Below, one piece after another: positions 12,888 through 21,781 of a DNA stretch of 64,000 nucleotides. The notes under the pieces are model-generated. The model saw only the letters and a program-made list of their open reading frames with translations, did no database searches and had not been told where the DNA came from. The stretch comes from Zootoca vivipara (lineage: Eukaryota), in assembly GCF_963506605.1 (NCBI RefSeq), contig NC_083291.1, forward strand, positions 2,356,001-2,420,000, in the 5' to 3' direction. Position 1 is the first letter of the stretch; each line of letters begins with the position of its first letter. The position numbers and the translations under genes were made by a program.

Positions 12888-15800
12888 GAATGTGACACAA
12901 CTCTGAAAATTGGAGAAGGTATTGTATAGGGATGAAGTACTGCTACATATCTCACCTCTTGTTTATAGTTCTGGGACCATCTCATGGAAATGTAATTTCC
13001 TTCTGATGTAAATCTAGATTTGAGCTCTAAGGCTATATGGTTTCCCTTGCCTGCCATCTCTTACGTTTCCTTAGTCCTAGGAGGCACCCAGGTCCAATAT
13101 GGGGGCGGAGCAACAGCAGAGCTGAATTAATTTTTGCTCGGTTTCCCCTGTAATGGGAAGCTGCCCTCAAGTGAGGAGCATCCCACTTGCGCTGCTGCTG
13201 CTCCCTTCAGAATGTCGTCCCCCCCACCCCCCTTAAGCCATGCATGCTGCACCCTAAAGTTCTTAGGGTTGAAATATCATTTGAGCTACGCATGCAACTG
13301 ATACTGCACAGGTCAATATCGACCCAGCTATATATAAGGCATACCTTCCAGCTCTTGTAGCCCTTCCTATAAAGGACTATAAATAGTTTATCCAAATAGG
13401 GGGAAATGCCATATTTTTCCGTGTATAAGACTAGGTTATTTTCTTAAATTAATTGTGCAAAAACTTGGGGTCATCTTATACACAGATAGTGGAGAGGTGG
13501 GTTGGGCGATTGGTGGCTGCCCCGAGCAGTATATTGTCCATGGGGTTTTTGCGGGTGATTGGTGGGTGCTGCAAGGTCTGCTGGCTATTGGCTGCTGCGG
13601 CAATTGGGCGGGTGATTGGTGCTCGCTTTCGGTGAGCGTGCAGACAATTGGCTGTTGTGTTCCAGCAGGTGAGTGAATTTTGGCACCCCCCCAAAAAAGC
13701 TCAACAACTCTGGGCAATCTCCCCATTTTCTCTATTTGGAGTCCCAAAAAAGAGGGGGCATCTTATACACAGGAAAATATGGTACTTACCACATGCAAAA
13801 CACTGATTTTTCTTGAAGTTCTCTGTGTGGATTGCTACTAGTTCGTAAACTGGTCTTCATCAGTTTGTGATTGTGTGGCGTGCAATTGCGATTTTGTGAG
13901 CAGTCTGTCTTTAAAAGCATTCTATGAAGCATATATTGGCAGGCACTTAATTCTTTGCATGTGTGTATATTGTTGTTCATGAGATTCGCTTTTATACTTC
14001 TGGGAGGCTGATACTCAAATAGAGATAAAGCTCTGCTCTAGTTGGCACTAGCTCTCCCTATAATAAAACTGCCTTTTGATGACCGGGACGAATTGAGGGA
14101 AATCGTAACGGACAGATACGGGGCACACATCTTTTATTGACTGAATGAAGTGCAGAGCATCAACAGTATGCATTTAACAATATTTTCACCTCCCCTCCTC
14201 CCAGGATGGCCATGCCCTCTTCCAGTCCTGCTACAGCGTCTGAAAATGAAACATGGGTATCCTCGGAAAAGGTAACCTAACTGTTCTTGAAGAGCTGAAG
14301 TGTCTACAAGGAGTTACAGAGCTTGGAGTAACCATAGTTCTTGTCATAATTTGGCCTGGTTCTATCTTTCCCAGCATGTGGATGGGAGTGCTTTCTACTT
14401 TTGGTTGGGGGAGAAGGGAGACAATATAGCAGGCACCCCCAAACTGCGGCCCTCCAGATGTTTTGGACTACAATTCCCATCTTCCCCAACCACTGGTCCT
14501 GTTAGCTAGGGATCATGGGAGTTGTAGGCCAAAACATCTGGAGGGCCGCAGTTTGGGGATGCCTGCAATATAGACACCAAAAAGTACTGTAGTGCTTCTC
14601 TGGGTGTGAGGGAACACATAGACTATTTTGTGAGTGTTCCCTGCCTTCCTCATGGTGTTGATATGCTTCAAAAAATGTTATTGCTTCACAGAGAGGCCAT
14701 TGCCTTGAAGAAGCTGAACCTTATCCTAAGATTATTTAACTGGTTTTGACCTTTTAATGGCCTTGAGACCATATATGCCTGCCAGTAGGATAATTTAGGT
14801 TGGTAGGCATGCATGCATGAGAGGGCCTTTTCATTGGTGCCTCTGTGCCTAAGGAATTATTTACCCTGTGGCCTAATAGATTTATAAATATTTCTAAGCA
14901 ATTCATTGGGTTTTTAAATAGTTGTCTTGATTTTCATTTATTTATTTTTGTATTTTATGTTGTGTACTATTTTTAGTTCTTTATTAGATTTCTTACCACC
15001 TATCCCAGGGCAGGTTACAACAATAAAATACATGAAATTTATTAAACAAATGAAACAATTATAATGTGGAAACACAAAAGTGTAAAAAAACAAAAAAACA
15101 TTCCCATCTATAAAACAATTCCATATACTGTAATAAAAACAATTAACAATAATTGCCAATTTGGGAGCTATCTTGTGAGGTTATCCATCCTGAAAGAGGG
15201 CCTAAAATCGTTAAAATTAAATGTTTAAAACGTGTATATGGTGCAAATGTGGCTTGGGTGCTGTGACATCATAAAATCTCTTACCTGTTGAAGAAGACCA
15301 GCTACGCCAAGCTTTTCTGTAGTGACAGCCCAAATCCTGCTTCTCCCATCTGAATAGGGGAATCCCTATAATTTGGGAAACTGCAGCATTGTCTGTTGCA
15401 GTTAAATCTACCATGATGGTTAAGTTGTCAAAAATGACAGTCTGCATCTAAAACTGGTCCTTGAGCATTTGTGCCAATATTGCATCATTTCAGGGATCAG
15501 TTACTGAAACACCCAAGGCAGCAGATCACTCTAGTTATCAACTCTTAAGATATAAAGGAAGAAATTCCAGACCTACGAAAACAGCAAGGAAAAAACAAGC
15601 CGATACATTCAAAACGCCATCTTCCGTTAAACGGGAAGATCCTCTGAAGAAGGCACAAGAGCAACTGGCGGAACAGGTGAGAGACGTTCTTTTAATGTGA
15701 TTCAGCCAGGAAATTGCCACAAGGCAATCAGCTCTGCTTAGCTCAGGCATAGGCAAACTCTGGTCCTCCAGATGTTTGCAACTACAATTCCCATCATCCC

Positions 15801-18252
15801 TAGCTAACAGGGCCAGTGCTCAAGGATTATGGGAATTGTAGTCCCAAACATCTGGAGGGCCAGTGTTTGCCTATGCCTGGCTTAGCTGGATTCAGTATTG
15901 GAAGGTCTGAAGTAGGGGAGGGACCTAGTGTCAGGCTTTGGGAGAGCGACTTCCTCCCTCCCTTTGGCCGTGGATAAGCAGAACAAAGCAAAAACAGTCT
16001 CTTACCATTTAAAGAGATTTTAATGATCACAGCTCAAGAACATCTCAGAGGAAAGGTGTTACCAATTAAAGTTTCCACCCACTCTGCCCCCCAGTCACCC
16101 CCATCACTTCTGTCTTGCAACCTGATCTTGCAACCACTGTGCTTTTTCTGTAGCCACCTCTACGTGATCTTGGACTGATAGGCTGGACACTTTCCAGCGA
16201 GAGAGAAATTCTTTTAGCTCTCTCTCCCAGTTCTTCACCTTGCTGTTCACCCCCCCCATTCTTCCCAACTACGTCCCTCTGCAAACCACTGTTCTAAATC
16301 TATACTGCTCCACTGCTCCTGGGCAGCTTCAGGATCCTGATCAGGAGCAGGGGGAAGGTGAGGTTCCCACCATTCCTCATCAGAACAGGAATCCTCAGCC
16401 TGGTCTGTGACACCTAGGTAAGAGTTGGGAAATCTGCTTGCATCTTGAGCAGCTGCTTAAAAAGCTGTTTCGTTGACAGGTGTCTAATGAACTAGTTTTT
16501 CTGTCAAAGTTTTACTAATGCTGCTCTAAAGCTCAATGTTAATAGTCCCATAGTTTGTCAAAGCTGGATTCAGAGTCCCATGAGTGGAACACAGTCCTGT
16601 GGAAACCTGTGTTACTTGTATGTTTTTTGTGTTTTGTTTTTTTGCAGATGGCAGATGTAGTATTATCTAATTCTTCCCAAAGCACTCGAGGAGAAGGACA
16701 GGAGTTGGAGGATCTGGTGGGCACCTTAATGTCAGATCCCTTCTTAACAAAGAAACAGATTCCGCGGACCCCAGAAAATCTGAGTGAGTATCTTTAATAT
16801 TCCACCCTTTAATTACCTGTGGCAGAGGATTCTGCAATGCCATTTGGTACAAAGTTAAGGCTTTGAGGGGATGTAATTCCCTTGTCTGATGCAGGAATCT
16901 TACAAGAAGTCACGTTTTCTCTTGACCAGGTAGAATAGACACCACACTTAGTCATCAGAGAAATAGTTCAATATTTTGGGCAGTCAGTGATGCTTCTGTG
17001 TTAGATGGGCAACGTTTTTCTCTAGGACTCAAGTGTTGAAGGCAATGGCAGCTGATACCTTTTGACACAGGTTCTTCTAGATATATCCTCATCCTTTCTG
17101 CCTCTGTCCATATTTCTTTAAAGGGTCAGGAATAAGGAAGCAGAAATTGTCCTGGTGGCTCCCACTGGACCAGGAGGCTCCCATTTGGAGCTGACCATTG
17201 AGAGGCCAGTAAATTGTTCCGTCTCGTCACATCAGCTGTTCTTGGGGAAAGTGTGATGTGCTCTGTGTTGGCCTGCTTGAATAACCTGCCAAATTGTAAT
17301 TACATGTGGGAGAGGAGGGGAAACAACCGTTGGTCAGAGTTCGAGCCAGATTAGCAGAAATGCTAATAGTTCCCAAAGAGGGTGATTCTTACCAACTTTT
17401 AACTGTACTCTTCTCCCAATGCTGTGTGCAGCCTAATTCATTTGTTGTACAAGATAGGCACAGACTATGGTATTAGGTCAATACCTTAGGGGGTTGGACT
17501 GGATGGCCCTTGTGGTCTCTTCCAACTCTATGATTCTATGACTCCCTGAGAATCCATTTTTTTTTGTTTATGAAGAGTTTCTTCCCCTTATGGCAGCAAA
17601 ATAGGCACTTCCATTCTGTGGGCAATGCCTGGTGAGATACGCCTGGAGGAGGGAAGCCTTTTCAGTGGTCAGAGGTTGGTCCTTCAGCCTGTTTTCTTGC
17701 TGTTCACATGACTAGCAAAGCAGTTCAAACTAAGGAAATCTGTTCAGCTCACACAGAACCTGATTTTTAAACACAGATCAGTCACAGTCTGGCAGTACAA
17801 ATAGTTTTGCTTCCCTGAACTTTGACATTATATCCACCATTCTTCTAAGGACCTTATACTTAAGTAACTGATGACATTGCATGTGGAAGGAAGAGAGGGA
17901 ATCCAAACGGCCTGGGCCCAGTATCCCTGAAGGAGCGTCTCCACCCTCATCGTTCAGCCTGGAAACTGAGGTCCAGCGCTGAGGGCCTTCTGGCGGTTCC
18001 CTCCCTGTGAGAAGTGAGGTTACAGGGAACCAGACAGAGGGCTTTCTTGGTGGTGGCACCCGCCCTGTGGAACGCCCTCCCGCCACATGTCAGGGAGATA
18101 AACAACTAAATGACTTTTAGAAGATACCTGAAGGCAGCCCTGTTTAGGGAAGCTTTTAATGTTTGATGTTTTATTGTGTTTTTAATATTCTATTGGAAGC
18201 CTCCCAGAGTGGCTGGGGAGGCCTGGCCAGATGAGTGGGGTATAAGGAATAA

Positions 18253-18285
<33 letters not shown>

Positions 18286-19371
18286 TATTTTATTATTATA
18301 AACAAGTTGTCTAGCCAGTTTTGAAGGTAACATGCCAACTGTGCAATATAAACACATTGGATAGGAGTGTGGTCTCCAGTGCAGTGTTACATTTCACTTA
18401 TTCTTGATTCAATTTTAGTTGCTGAAATTAGAAGCTCCTGGAAAAAAGCTATCCAGGATGAAGAAGCCTCAAGTGTGGAAAGGAATCATACCGAAGCAAT
18501 AAAAGAAATACCAGAGGACCGAGTCCCTGTGTCTAGAAACCGAGTAGATTCAAGTATGGCATGCTTTATGTCTTCATGCATGTCCGATACAGCAGAATCT
18601 CCTTTTCTGGAAGGGCGTTCCCCGTTTTGTTTCCAGCAGGTGGTTACCGGTTGTAGCGAATTGCTGACCCATCAAGCAGCTGCTGGGCCAATGGATGAGA
18701 TGTTTTGGAAGGAAGGGTTAACACACACTGTTCCAGGCAAATGTGAAACAAAAAACCCAGAACTTGGCCCCAAGACTGAACGTGCAAGTGAGCTGGAGGA
18801 TGCTCCATGGAATAGCATTGCAGCAGAGACTTTGCCTCCTTGCGTGAGCCAGAATTCTTCCATGAGTACAACTGTTTCATGGGATGGTCTTCCGATAGGA
18901 AGTGGCTCTGATAGCCGGGAAGTTATCCAACTGGGCATACTTCAAGAAACCCTTCCAGAGGAAGGGGCACTCGTAAGCCTTAATAATAGTTGTAAAGATT
19001 TTGAACTGGATGAAGCAAGAGAAGACAGCAACGCTTTGCCGGACTGCGTGGCAGGAAGTGAGGGCAAACTGGATTTGCAATCTATTCGAAGGCGCTTGGA
19101 AATGTTGAAAAAGTCTGCACTCGAAAACTCGCTGCCTTCTATAAAGCAAATCCCAAGGTGCAGATCTGAGTTTAGCCTCTCTCCGGCGAGCCTGGAAGCT
19201 CACAGTGTTCTTACCCCTTCGGGAAAACCATATGCATCAGATGCAGAACTTGCCAGGAAACCATCGCACATGACTCTTCTTGAAAGAACTATCCTTCTCT
19301 CCCCCCTGGGTTCGCTTCCTTCAACGCCACAGAGAGAGCATTCAGGCTCACAGGATAGAGGAGGCATGTAA
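1347..19371 (+). CDS. HAUS6: HAUS augmin-like complex subunit 6, whole-gene span (16 coding exons, 2745 nt CDS, ~914 aa)
   Basis: Spliced translation MSAQQLPPPPAWEKEHLWLYLLALGFDP...NMFDKPNKDAF...[14 protein letters not shown]...QIPRTPENLIAEIRSSWKKAI...GILQETLPEE matches HAUS6 motifs as recalled from the human protein. All 15 introns are GT-AG with compatible phases. Confidence 0.97.
1500..1905 (-). mobile_element. L1-like ORF2 C-terminus and 3'UTR fragment
   Basis: Minus translation AEMAKLTGKLRDKD...KDWEPF followed by an AT-rich tail. Confidence 0.55.
2832..2927 (+). CDS. HAUS6: HAUS6 exon 2 (NMFDKPNKDAFSIVVHFLFSNVDQSHCTEIF)
   Basis: ttttttag| acceptor, AG|gtgagt donor, 96 nt. Confidence 0.95.
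5249..5327 (+). CDS. HAUS6: HAUS6 exon 3 (FCFPPTDKKTDSEFRKHSYEWLRRIS)
   Basis: 79 nt, donor |gtaagt, aag acceptor; resembles FCWPPFD...EFRKH..EW. Confidence 0.93.
7251..7383 (+). CDS. HAUS6: HAUS6 exon 4 ([34 protein letters not shown]...)
   Basis: 133 nt, conserved LFLSPGGxKF motif, G|gtaagc donor. Confidence 0.95.
7561..7708 (+). CDS. HAUS6: HAUS6 exon 5 (AGIPYPEAVNSRPPDLNIAVAKYHVARSRFLHSLQKED...)
   Basis: 148 nt, ARSRFL motif, |gtaagt donor. Confidence 0.93.
8259..8324 (+). CDS. HAUS6: HAUS6 exon 6 (HFSKRIRDLKFENADLDKQLQ)
   Basis: 66 nt, ttgcag| acceptor and |gtaagt donor, phase 2/2. Confidence 0.9.
8408..8462 (+). mobile_element. BovB/RTE 3' tail
   Basis: TCCATGGGGTCATGAAGAGTCGGACACGACT followed by a (CAA)n-like tail. 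Confidence 0.7.
8548..8868. mobile_element. Tc1/mariner (Tigger-like) MITE
   Basis: TA|CAGTGGAACCTCGGTTTATGAAC...GTTCATAAACCGAGGTACCACTG|TA; internal ~65-bp direct repeat. Confidence 0.85.
8970..9024 (+). CDS. HAUS6: HAUS6 exon 7 (MEKGINPSQNNTAERVEK)
   Basis: 55 nt, ctag| acceptor and AAG|gtgagg donor, phase 2/0. Confidence 0.88.
9173..9346 (+). CDS. HAUS6: HAUS6 exon 8 (ARCLWTQITETL...QYVLDGTSVAISVPRPLLEKVEK)
   Basis: 174 nt, LDGT motif, |gtaagt donor. Confidence 0.93.
9817..10063 (-). mobile_element. tRNA-derived CORE SINE (Squam3-like)
   Basis: Minus-strand head GCCAGTGTGGTGTAGTGGTTAAGAGC, CORE GCTGGGTGACCTTGGGCTAGTCAC, (CTT)n tail. Confidence 0.85.
10371..10564 (+). CDS. HAUS6: HAUS6 exon 9 (FHVGNVYEEGKLNVLTVVHLLN...)
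   Basis: 194 nt, GNVYExGKLN motif, AG|gtgagc donor. Confidence 0.95.
11172..11368. mobile_element. Penelope-like element remnant with inverted terminal repeat (78-bp hairpin)
   Basis: Arms 11209-11286 and 11291-11368 with 1 mismatch, loop TCTT; flanking ttaactttttaa duplication (11157-11168 / 11365-11376). Confidence 0.85.
11612..11741 (+). CDS. HAUS6: HAUS6 exon 10 (QKLKREDCVSIKQSISKKQQEWDLKWENCLGQSPFHLIK...)
   Basis: 130 nt, KQxEWxxKW..LGxSPF motif. Confidence 0.93.
12184..12286 (+). CDS. HAUS6: HAUS6 exon 11 ([34 protein letters not shown])
   Basis: 103 nt, DLLPxMSPLSF...CQYPAS motif. Confidence 0.95.
12494..12630. mobile_element. ~136-bp palindromic hAT MITE
   Basis: CAGGCA...TGCCTG termini; TSD ctttaggg/cattaggg. 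Confidence 0.85.
12715..12811 (+). CDS. HAUS6: HAUS6 exon 12 (STKKKSFQKTELELPGKTSRCQGSSAGVIAE)
   Basis: 97 nt. The donor AG|gtatgg was chosen because it gives the phase needed by exon 13. Poorly conserved region. Confidence 0.75.
12845..12884. repeat. (GT)n microsatellite
   Basis: ~20 units. Confidence 0.95.
13409..13782. mobile_element. Tc1/mariner MITE with CCRTATTTTTCCGTGTATAAGA TIRs (other copies ~19831-20182, ~39578-40010)
   Basis: TIRs and a shared CCAAT-rich interior across three copies. Confidence 0.75.
14001..14132 (+). ncRNA. SCARNA8: Small Cajal body-specific RNA 8 (U92), H/ACA guide for U2 snRNA Psi34/Psi44
   Basis: TGGGAGGCTGATAC...CTGCCTTTTGATGACCGGGACGAATTGAG..AAATCGTAACGGACAGATACGGGGCA matches recalled U92. 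H box ATAATA 14060-65, ACA 14127-29, CAB box TGAG 14094-97. Lies in a HAUS6 intron ~72 nt before the acceptor. Confidence 0.95.
14205..14271 (+). CDS. HAUS6: HAUS6 exon 13 (MAMPSSSPATASENETWVSSEK)
   Basis: Strong polypyrimidine ccag| acceptor, AAG|gtaacc donor, 67 nt, directly downstream of SCARNA8. Confidence 0.82.
14430..14565. mobile_element. ~136-bp palindromic hAT MITE
   Basis: Long TIRs; perfect TSD caatatag. Confidence 0.9.
15494..15676 (+). CDS. HAUS6: HAUS6 exon 14 (GSVTETPK...KREDPLKKAQEQLAEQ)
   Basis: 183 nt, DPxxKxQxxLxE motif, CAG|gtgaga donor. Confidence 0.9.
15744..15879. mobile_element. ~136-bp palindromic hAT MITE
   Basis: Perfect TSD gcttagct. Confidence 0.9.
15929..16412 (-). 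mobile_element. Solo LTR
   Basis: TGTCA...TGACA termini, perfect 5-bp TSD cctag; an ATTAAA on the minus strand (~16019-24) suggests the orientation. Confidence 0.75.
16648..16783 (+). CDS. HAUS6: HAUS6 exon 15 (MADVVLSNS...SDPFLTKKQIPRTPENL)
   Basis: 136 nt, PFLTxxQIPRTPENL motif. Confidence 0.96.
17824..18298 (+). mobile_element. L2-clade LINE 3' fragment with (TTA)n tail
   Basis: Homologous to 61038-61450. Confidence 0.8.
18419..19371 (+). CDS. HAUS6: HAUS6 exon 16 (large C-terminal exon; runs to TAA at 19371, or ends at 19363 if a GC donor is used)
   Basis: ttttag| acceptor; AEIRSSWKKAI, GILQETLPEE and LQSIRRRLEMLKKS motifs; lies in ORF 18367..19371. Confidence 0.92.
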
Positions 19372-19495
19372 AACAGTTAGTATCAGTTGGATCTTGCAGA
19401 TGGAAATGTGTTTTATTGCCATGTTGGGGCGGGTTGGCATTCCTCTGTTTTCAATGTGTGATTTAGGCCGCAGTTCTCTTATTTGCCTACAGGGG

Positions 19496-19805
19496 GAAGT
19501 GGCATAGCTCAGTGGTTAGAGCAGGCATGTCAAACCTGCGGCCCTCCAGATGTTTTGGACTACAATTCCCATCTTCCCCAACCACTGGTCCTGCTAGCTA
19601 GGGATCATGGGAGTTGTAGGCCAAAACATCTGGAGGGCCGCAGGTTTGACATGCCTGGGTTAGAGCATCTGCTTTGTACGCAGAAGGGGCAGGTTTTTTC
19701 CCCAATCATCCGCAGTTAGGGATGTCCACACCTACTGTCTGAAACTCTGAAGAGCTGATGCTAGTCAATGTAGACTGGATGAAAACCAGCTTCCTATGTT
19801 CCCAA
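19496..19805 (+). mobile_element. tRNA-derived SINE (Squam2-like) interrupted by a MITE; related copy ~59723-59900
   Basis: ATAGCTCAGTGGTTAGAGCATCTGCTTTG head, CAGCTTCCTATGTTCC tail. Confidence 0.7.
19522..19657. mobile_element. ~136-bp palindromic hAT MITE nested in a SINE head
   Basis: Perfect TSD ggttagag. Confidence 0.9.
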
Positions 19806-20668
19806 GCCCCAGTGGACACGATGGGACTTACTGTATTTTTCTGTATATAACACGCCCCCATTTTTTATGGGGGGGGGGAGCCCGAAAATCGCTCACCCCA
19901 CTAACCAATGCTACAAAGCACACACATCGCAGAAGCCAAAAATCATCTGCTTGATCGCCCCAAGCAGCCACCATTAGCCCGCCCCATTACCACAACAGTG
20001 GCCAATCAACAGCAGCCCTGACGGCACCCACCAATCACACGCATAATCACTGCTGAAAATCTCCTCATGACAGCAACAAATCCCCAGTGCCAACTCTGCA
20101 CTACCCATGTATAAGATGACCCCAATTTTTTAGGATTGTTTTCTCAGAAAAAACCCCTAGTCTTATACACGGAAAAGTATGATACTCCTGAAGCAGACAT
20201 AGGATTTCTGTGATGGAACACTTTCTAATTCTGAGTGGAGCAGAAGCTAAGGAGTGCCAGCAAACTCCTAGCATAGTTTTGTAAGGGATAAAATAGCTTG
20301 CATTTCTGCTGTGCTCAGATTTGCATTTGCTAGCGCAAGCCGTCATACCATAGTAGGTATACAAGGGAGCAAGTAGCTATGTGAAACAGCTTTTGTACGT
20401 GGGACGGGAGCCAAAGAAGCATGCCACTAATTATGCACATCCAAGGTAGTGTCTAGTTTTTTTGGGGTTTTTTGCCCAACCATTTCCATTGTGGCAAACA
20501 GCTTTTTAAACTTTAGGAACTTCCCAGACCAGTTTGTGTTAGAGCAAGAAAGTCTGCTGTCTGTTTTTTATTTCTTTACTTAACTCTCATTTGCTCCTAC
20601 TTGCACAACAAATTCTCTGGATATGGTTTTATTTTTTAAAAAAACCCACCTGCTAATTTTGTATTCAG

Positions 20669-20703
20669 AGATCTTGCATGCGTTGCTTGTGCAAGGAAAA
20701 TGA
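20669..20703 (+). CDS. HAUS6: Candidate HAUS6 terminal exon 17 (EILHALLVQGK*)
   Basis: Acceptor tgctaattttgtattcag|AG; in frame with a phase-1 GGAG|gcatgt donor at 19363/19364; followed by an AT-rich 3'UTR-like stretch and an AATAAA cluster. Confidence 0.4.
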
Positions 20704-21733
20704 TTTCTCATTTTCTGGCCTTACATGTGAAACATATTCTCTCAATTTTGACCACCTTATTCTTAATATTATCTAAATTCTAATAGCCAAAGTGACCATA
20801 AAAAATCCTTTTGCTGCTTGAAGTTTTAAAAGTTTTAACCGAGACTGCTTTGTAATAGATTTCTACCCCATATATAACAGCACACATCCTTGGAAGACTT
20901 TATGCCCAAAGGACTATTATTTCTAGGCAAGTTTTAAAAAAATAATTGAAAAGTTTTTGAATGGCATATGTGTTTCTTTTTCAGAAAAGTAGCCTGGAAC
21001 TGGATGTAAAAGAATCTTCATCTGCAAAGATCTGTAAAGATGAAAACATTCCTTGGTTATATAACAATGCACTAACTTCAGAAACTTAAACATTTCACTT
21101 TTACCTAAAGTATTTTTTGTAAACCTCATGCTTTCATTGAGATTTTGGTGTTAAGCAATGCAAACTCTGACTTAGTTTGTTACATAGTCCCCATTATGGT
21201 GCACTTCTGTTTTTGCTGATTAATAGATCATGAAAAATTGAGGCCATTTTAGACTTTCACAAGCATGGAGTGTTGGTATTAAGAGACTGAACCAACAAAT
21301 ATTATCTGTGGACACCTTTACATATCATAACTGCATTCCAATCAGATTTTGACAGATCGTTTTGCTCTAACCCTTTTCAGCACGTGTTCTTAATGAATTG
21401 CTCTTGTAAATAATTGGCTAAGCCAGTTGGCCATTCTTATGTCAACTTTTCCTCCTGTGTGGAAATCTATAGATGTTTAAGAATAGTCTTCATTACGCAG
21501 ATGTTTTTATCTTTCTCTTCTGTGTTTTCTCTTAATGTTTGCTGTTGCAAGATGCTCCCCCTAAAATAGGTTATGTGCTGAGTATTTAAGAACTAATCTA
21601 AAAAATGGAGAGCTTACTTTGTTAGAACACATTTGCCCAGACATAACTTGGTCATGTAGAAAATGAACTGAATTCTAGTAACTAATTATTTGTCTTAAAA
21701 CTTTCACTTGTCTTAAAATATTTATTAAAATGA

Positions 21734-21781
21734 AATAAAAGTTCCACTTTTTAAAAAGCATAATAAACTTCTCTCAATAAA
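21734..21781 (+). terminator. HAUS6 polyadenylation signal cluster
   Basis: AATAAA at 21734, 21762 and 21776, at the end of an AT-rich UTR-like segment with no recognised TE. Confidence 0.6.

Noticed and set aside
12494-15879. Recurrent palindromic repeats resembling a CRISPR or REP array
   Set aside because: They are dispersed, vertebrate, and each is bounded by an 8-bp TSD, so they are hAT MITEs.
18367-18418. N-terminal part of the 334-aa ORF as a standalone gene start
   Set aside because: It is intronic. The exon begins at the ttttag acceptor (18419), in phase with exon 15.
19496-19530. tRNA-like A/B boxes here and at ~10040, 50370, 55315, 56896, 59723
   Set aside because: These are SINE heads followed by SINE bodies; none forms a complete cloverleaf.
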